DNA from: a virus
Taxonomy: Duplodnaviria; Caudoviricetes
IMG/VR virus record: IMGVR_UViG_3300025653_000228
Span: 1-26,230 of that record
Direction: 5' to 3' (one strand)
Length of the DNA stretch: 26,230 nt
In this document: positions 25,219-26,230 of the stretch, in pieces
How the letters are laid out: every line of letters begins with the position of its first letter
Numbering within the stretch: the first letter of the stretch is position 1
The notes under the pieces: model-generated
The model's input: only the letters and a program-made list of their open reading frames with translations
Told to the model about the DNA's origin: nothing
The model's database searches: none
Translations under genes and position numbers: made by a program

Positions 25219-25470
25219 ATGATTGAAATCATTGCGGCAGTGGCCGGAGCATCAATCTCAGTTGCAGCAATGACTGCTGCAACATCTGGCAGACGAAACG
25301 AAGAAGCCAGGGATGCAGTCATAAGGCTCACTAGCGCCGTTGAACATATTGCAAGCCAACTTGAAGTGTTGCATTCTGATATAAAAGAAGACAGAAAAGA
25401 AACATTTACAAGGCTCTCGACCGTAGAGCAAAGAGTATCTAAGCTGGAGGCACGCCCAAACTCCTTCTAG
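25219..25470 (+). CDS. Small N-terminally hydrophobic coiled-coil protein (lysis-cassette-associated), 83 aa
   Basis: MIEIIAAVAGASISVAAM hydrophobic segment followed by heptads (RLTSAVEHIASQLEVL...RLSTVEQRVSKLE). Lies upstream of the endolysin. Confidence 0.65.
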   Translation: MIEIIAAVAGASISVAAMTAATSGRRNEEARDAVIRLTSAVEHIASQLEVLHSDIKEDRKETFTRLSTVEQRVSKLEARPNSF

Positions 25471-25472
25471 CA

Positions 25473-25610
25473 ATGGACCCCACCACAGCAACTGTTCTGG
25501 CAATTCTGGTGGCTGCAGGCAGCGAAATCATCACCCTGCTTCCCATCAAAGAAAACAGCTGGGTCCAACTCATCCTTAAAGCACTGAAGGTCGTCTTCCC
25601 AAAGCGCTGA
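25473..25610 (+). CDS. 45-aa holin-like membrane protein
   Basis: Translated by hand: MDPTTATVLAILVAAGSEIITLLPIKENSWVQLILKALKVVFPKR-stop. Hydrophobic N-terminal half, amphipathic second helix and basic C-terminus, upstream of a lysozyme. The holin role is inferred. Confidence 0.65.
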   Translation: MDPTTATVLAILVAAGSEIITLLPIKENSWVQLILKALKVVFPKR

Positions 25611-25798
25611 CGATAAGGCCACGCATAGACAGTGCCATAGATGCGTGGCTAGCGGATCAGCCGTTAGCACCAAAACCCTTTGTGGATCACGAACCAGTGA
25701 ACGATGATCTACAAACAGGTAAAAGTCGGCTGCTTGGTGGCGCGATGAGTATTCATGCACCCTGGAAAAATGAAACCAAACAGGATCCGCCTAATTGA
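25598..25798 (+). CDS. Putative -1 frameshift extension of the holin-like gene (fusion 25473..25798, ~108 aa)
   Basis: C CCA AAG heptamer (25598-25604) two codons before the stop and a 9-bp hairpin at 25618-25649. The -1 frame is open from 25580 to 25798 (ALTIRPRIDSAIDAWLADQPLAPKPFVDHEPVNDDLQTGKSRLLGGAMSIHAPWKNETKQDPPN) with no ATG/GTG/TTG in its first ~34 codons. Confidence 0.62.
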   Translation, partial: PKALTIRPRIDSAIDAWLADQPLAPKPFVDHEPVNDDLQTGKSRLLGGAMSIHAPWKNETKQDPPN

Positions 25799-26230
25799 TC
25801 TTTTTAAGTATTACAAAGCGCTACCTCATCAGTCTGCCGCAGTTTCGGAGCTTGAAGAGCTGATCGAAAAGGCTTCGCCAGATATTCTTGTTCGGACCGC
25901 TGATTGGTTTAACACCTGGAGCCAGTCCGGCAAGCAATGCGATTACTCTTCAGGAATACAGCTAATAAAAGAATTTGAAGGTTGCCATCTTTCTGCGTAT
26001 CCAGATCCCTTGACCAAGGCAGAGCCATGGACAATTGGATATGGCACCACAAGATACGCGCCAGGCAGTCCCGTAAAAAAAGGTGACAAGGTAAACGTAA
26101 TTGAAGCAGACATGCTTCTCAGGCTTGAGGTAGACAGAATCGTTGCAAAATTAAGCAAAGAGGTTCCGTATTGGCAGCAGATGAGCGATGAGCAAATGTC
26201 TGCCCTTATTTCATTTGCATACAATCTTGG
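25770..26230 (+). CDS. Endolysin, GH24 phage-lysozyme family, with an N-terminal extension (partial, runs off window)
   Basis: Translated by hand: MKPNRIRLIDLFKYY...GIQLIKEFEGCHLSAYPDPLTKAEPWTIGYGTT...QMSALISFAYNLG. FEG, AYxD, WTIGYG and ALxSFAYNLG are hallmark GH24 motifs. Missing from the track because there is no stop in the window. Confidence 0.92.
   Translation, partial: MKPNRIRLIDLFKYYKALPHQSAAVSELEELIEKASPDILVRTADWFNTWSQSGKQCDYSSGIQLIKEFEGCHLSAYPDPLTKAEPWTIGYGTTRYAPGSPVKKGDKVNVIEADMLLRLEVDRIVAKLSKEVPYWQQMSDEQMSALISFAYNL

Noticed and set aside
1179-26224. Numerous minus-strand and alternate-frame ORFs in the track (e.g. 2102..2758, 3704..4372, 6089..6811, 6378..7169, 18584..19258, 19961..20500, 25943..26224)
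   Set aside because: All overlap well-supported + strand genes, have no recognisable motifs and are explained as shadows of biased or repetitive coding sequence.
1-26230. tRNA, rRNA, IS element, integrase, intron or intein
   Set aside because: No cloverleaf, terminal inverted repeats, transposase, integrase or homing-endonuclease motifs, or intein splice motifs were recognised, and the genes are tightly packed.

Overview
The window is the tail-morphogenesis, receptor-binding and start-of-lysis region of a long-tailed (siphovirus-type) bacteriophage or prophage, with every credible gene on the + strand. Gene order: 3' end of a probable major tail tube gene and its terminator; a tail assembly chaperone pair made by a lambda G/GT-type -1 frameshift (GGGAAAC plus hairpin); a 2032-aa tape measure protein; gpL-like, NlpC/P60-like and gpI/J-like tail-tip genes; a gpM/Dit-like gene with an inserted ~210-aa module; two further tail-tube-fold genes; about 10 kb of fibre/adhesin genes; a structured intergenic element; four small genes; and a GH24 endolysin cut by the window end. 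From memory, the gene content resembles siphoviruses of Synechococcus/Cyanobium-type picocyanobacteria, but this was not checked by search. The most notable observations are: (1) a second, apparently unannotated -1 frameshift signal (C CCA AAG plus a 9-bp hairpin) at the end of a holin-like gene, which would add a 64-aa start-less frame overlapping the endolysin start; (2) a pseudoknot-capable, two-state structured RNA candidate in front of a 29-aa membrane peptide; (3) a repeated switch in synonymous codon skew (G/T-ending before, C/A-ending after) bracketing each AT-rich adhesin domain; (4) one module reused in nested fashion in the Dit-like protein and a fibre protein. Protein family calls come from motif recognition by eye, not database searches.
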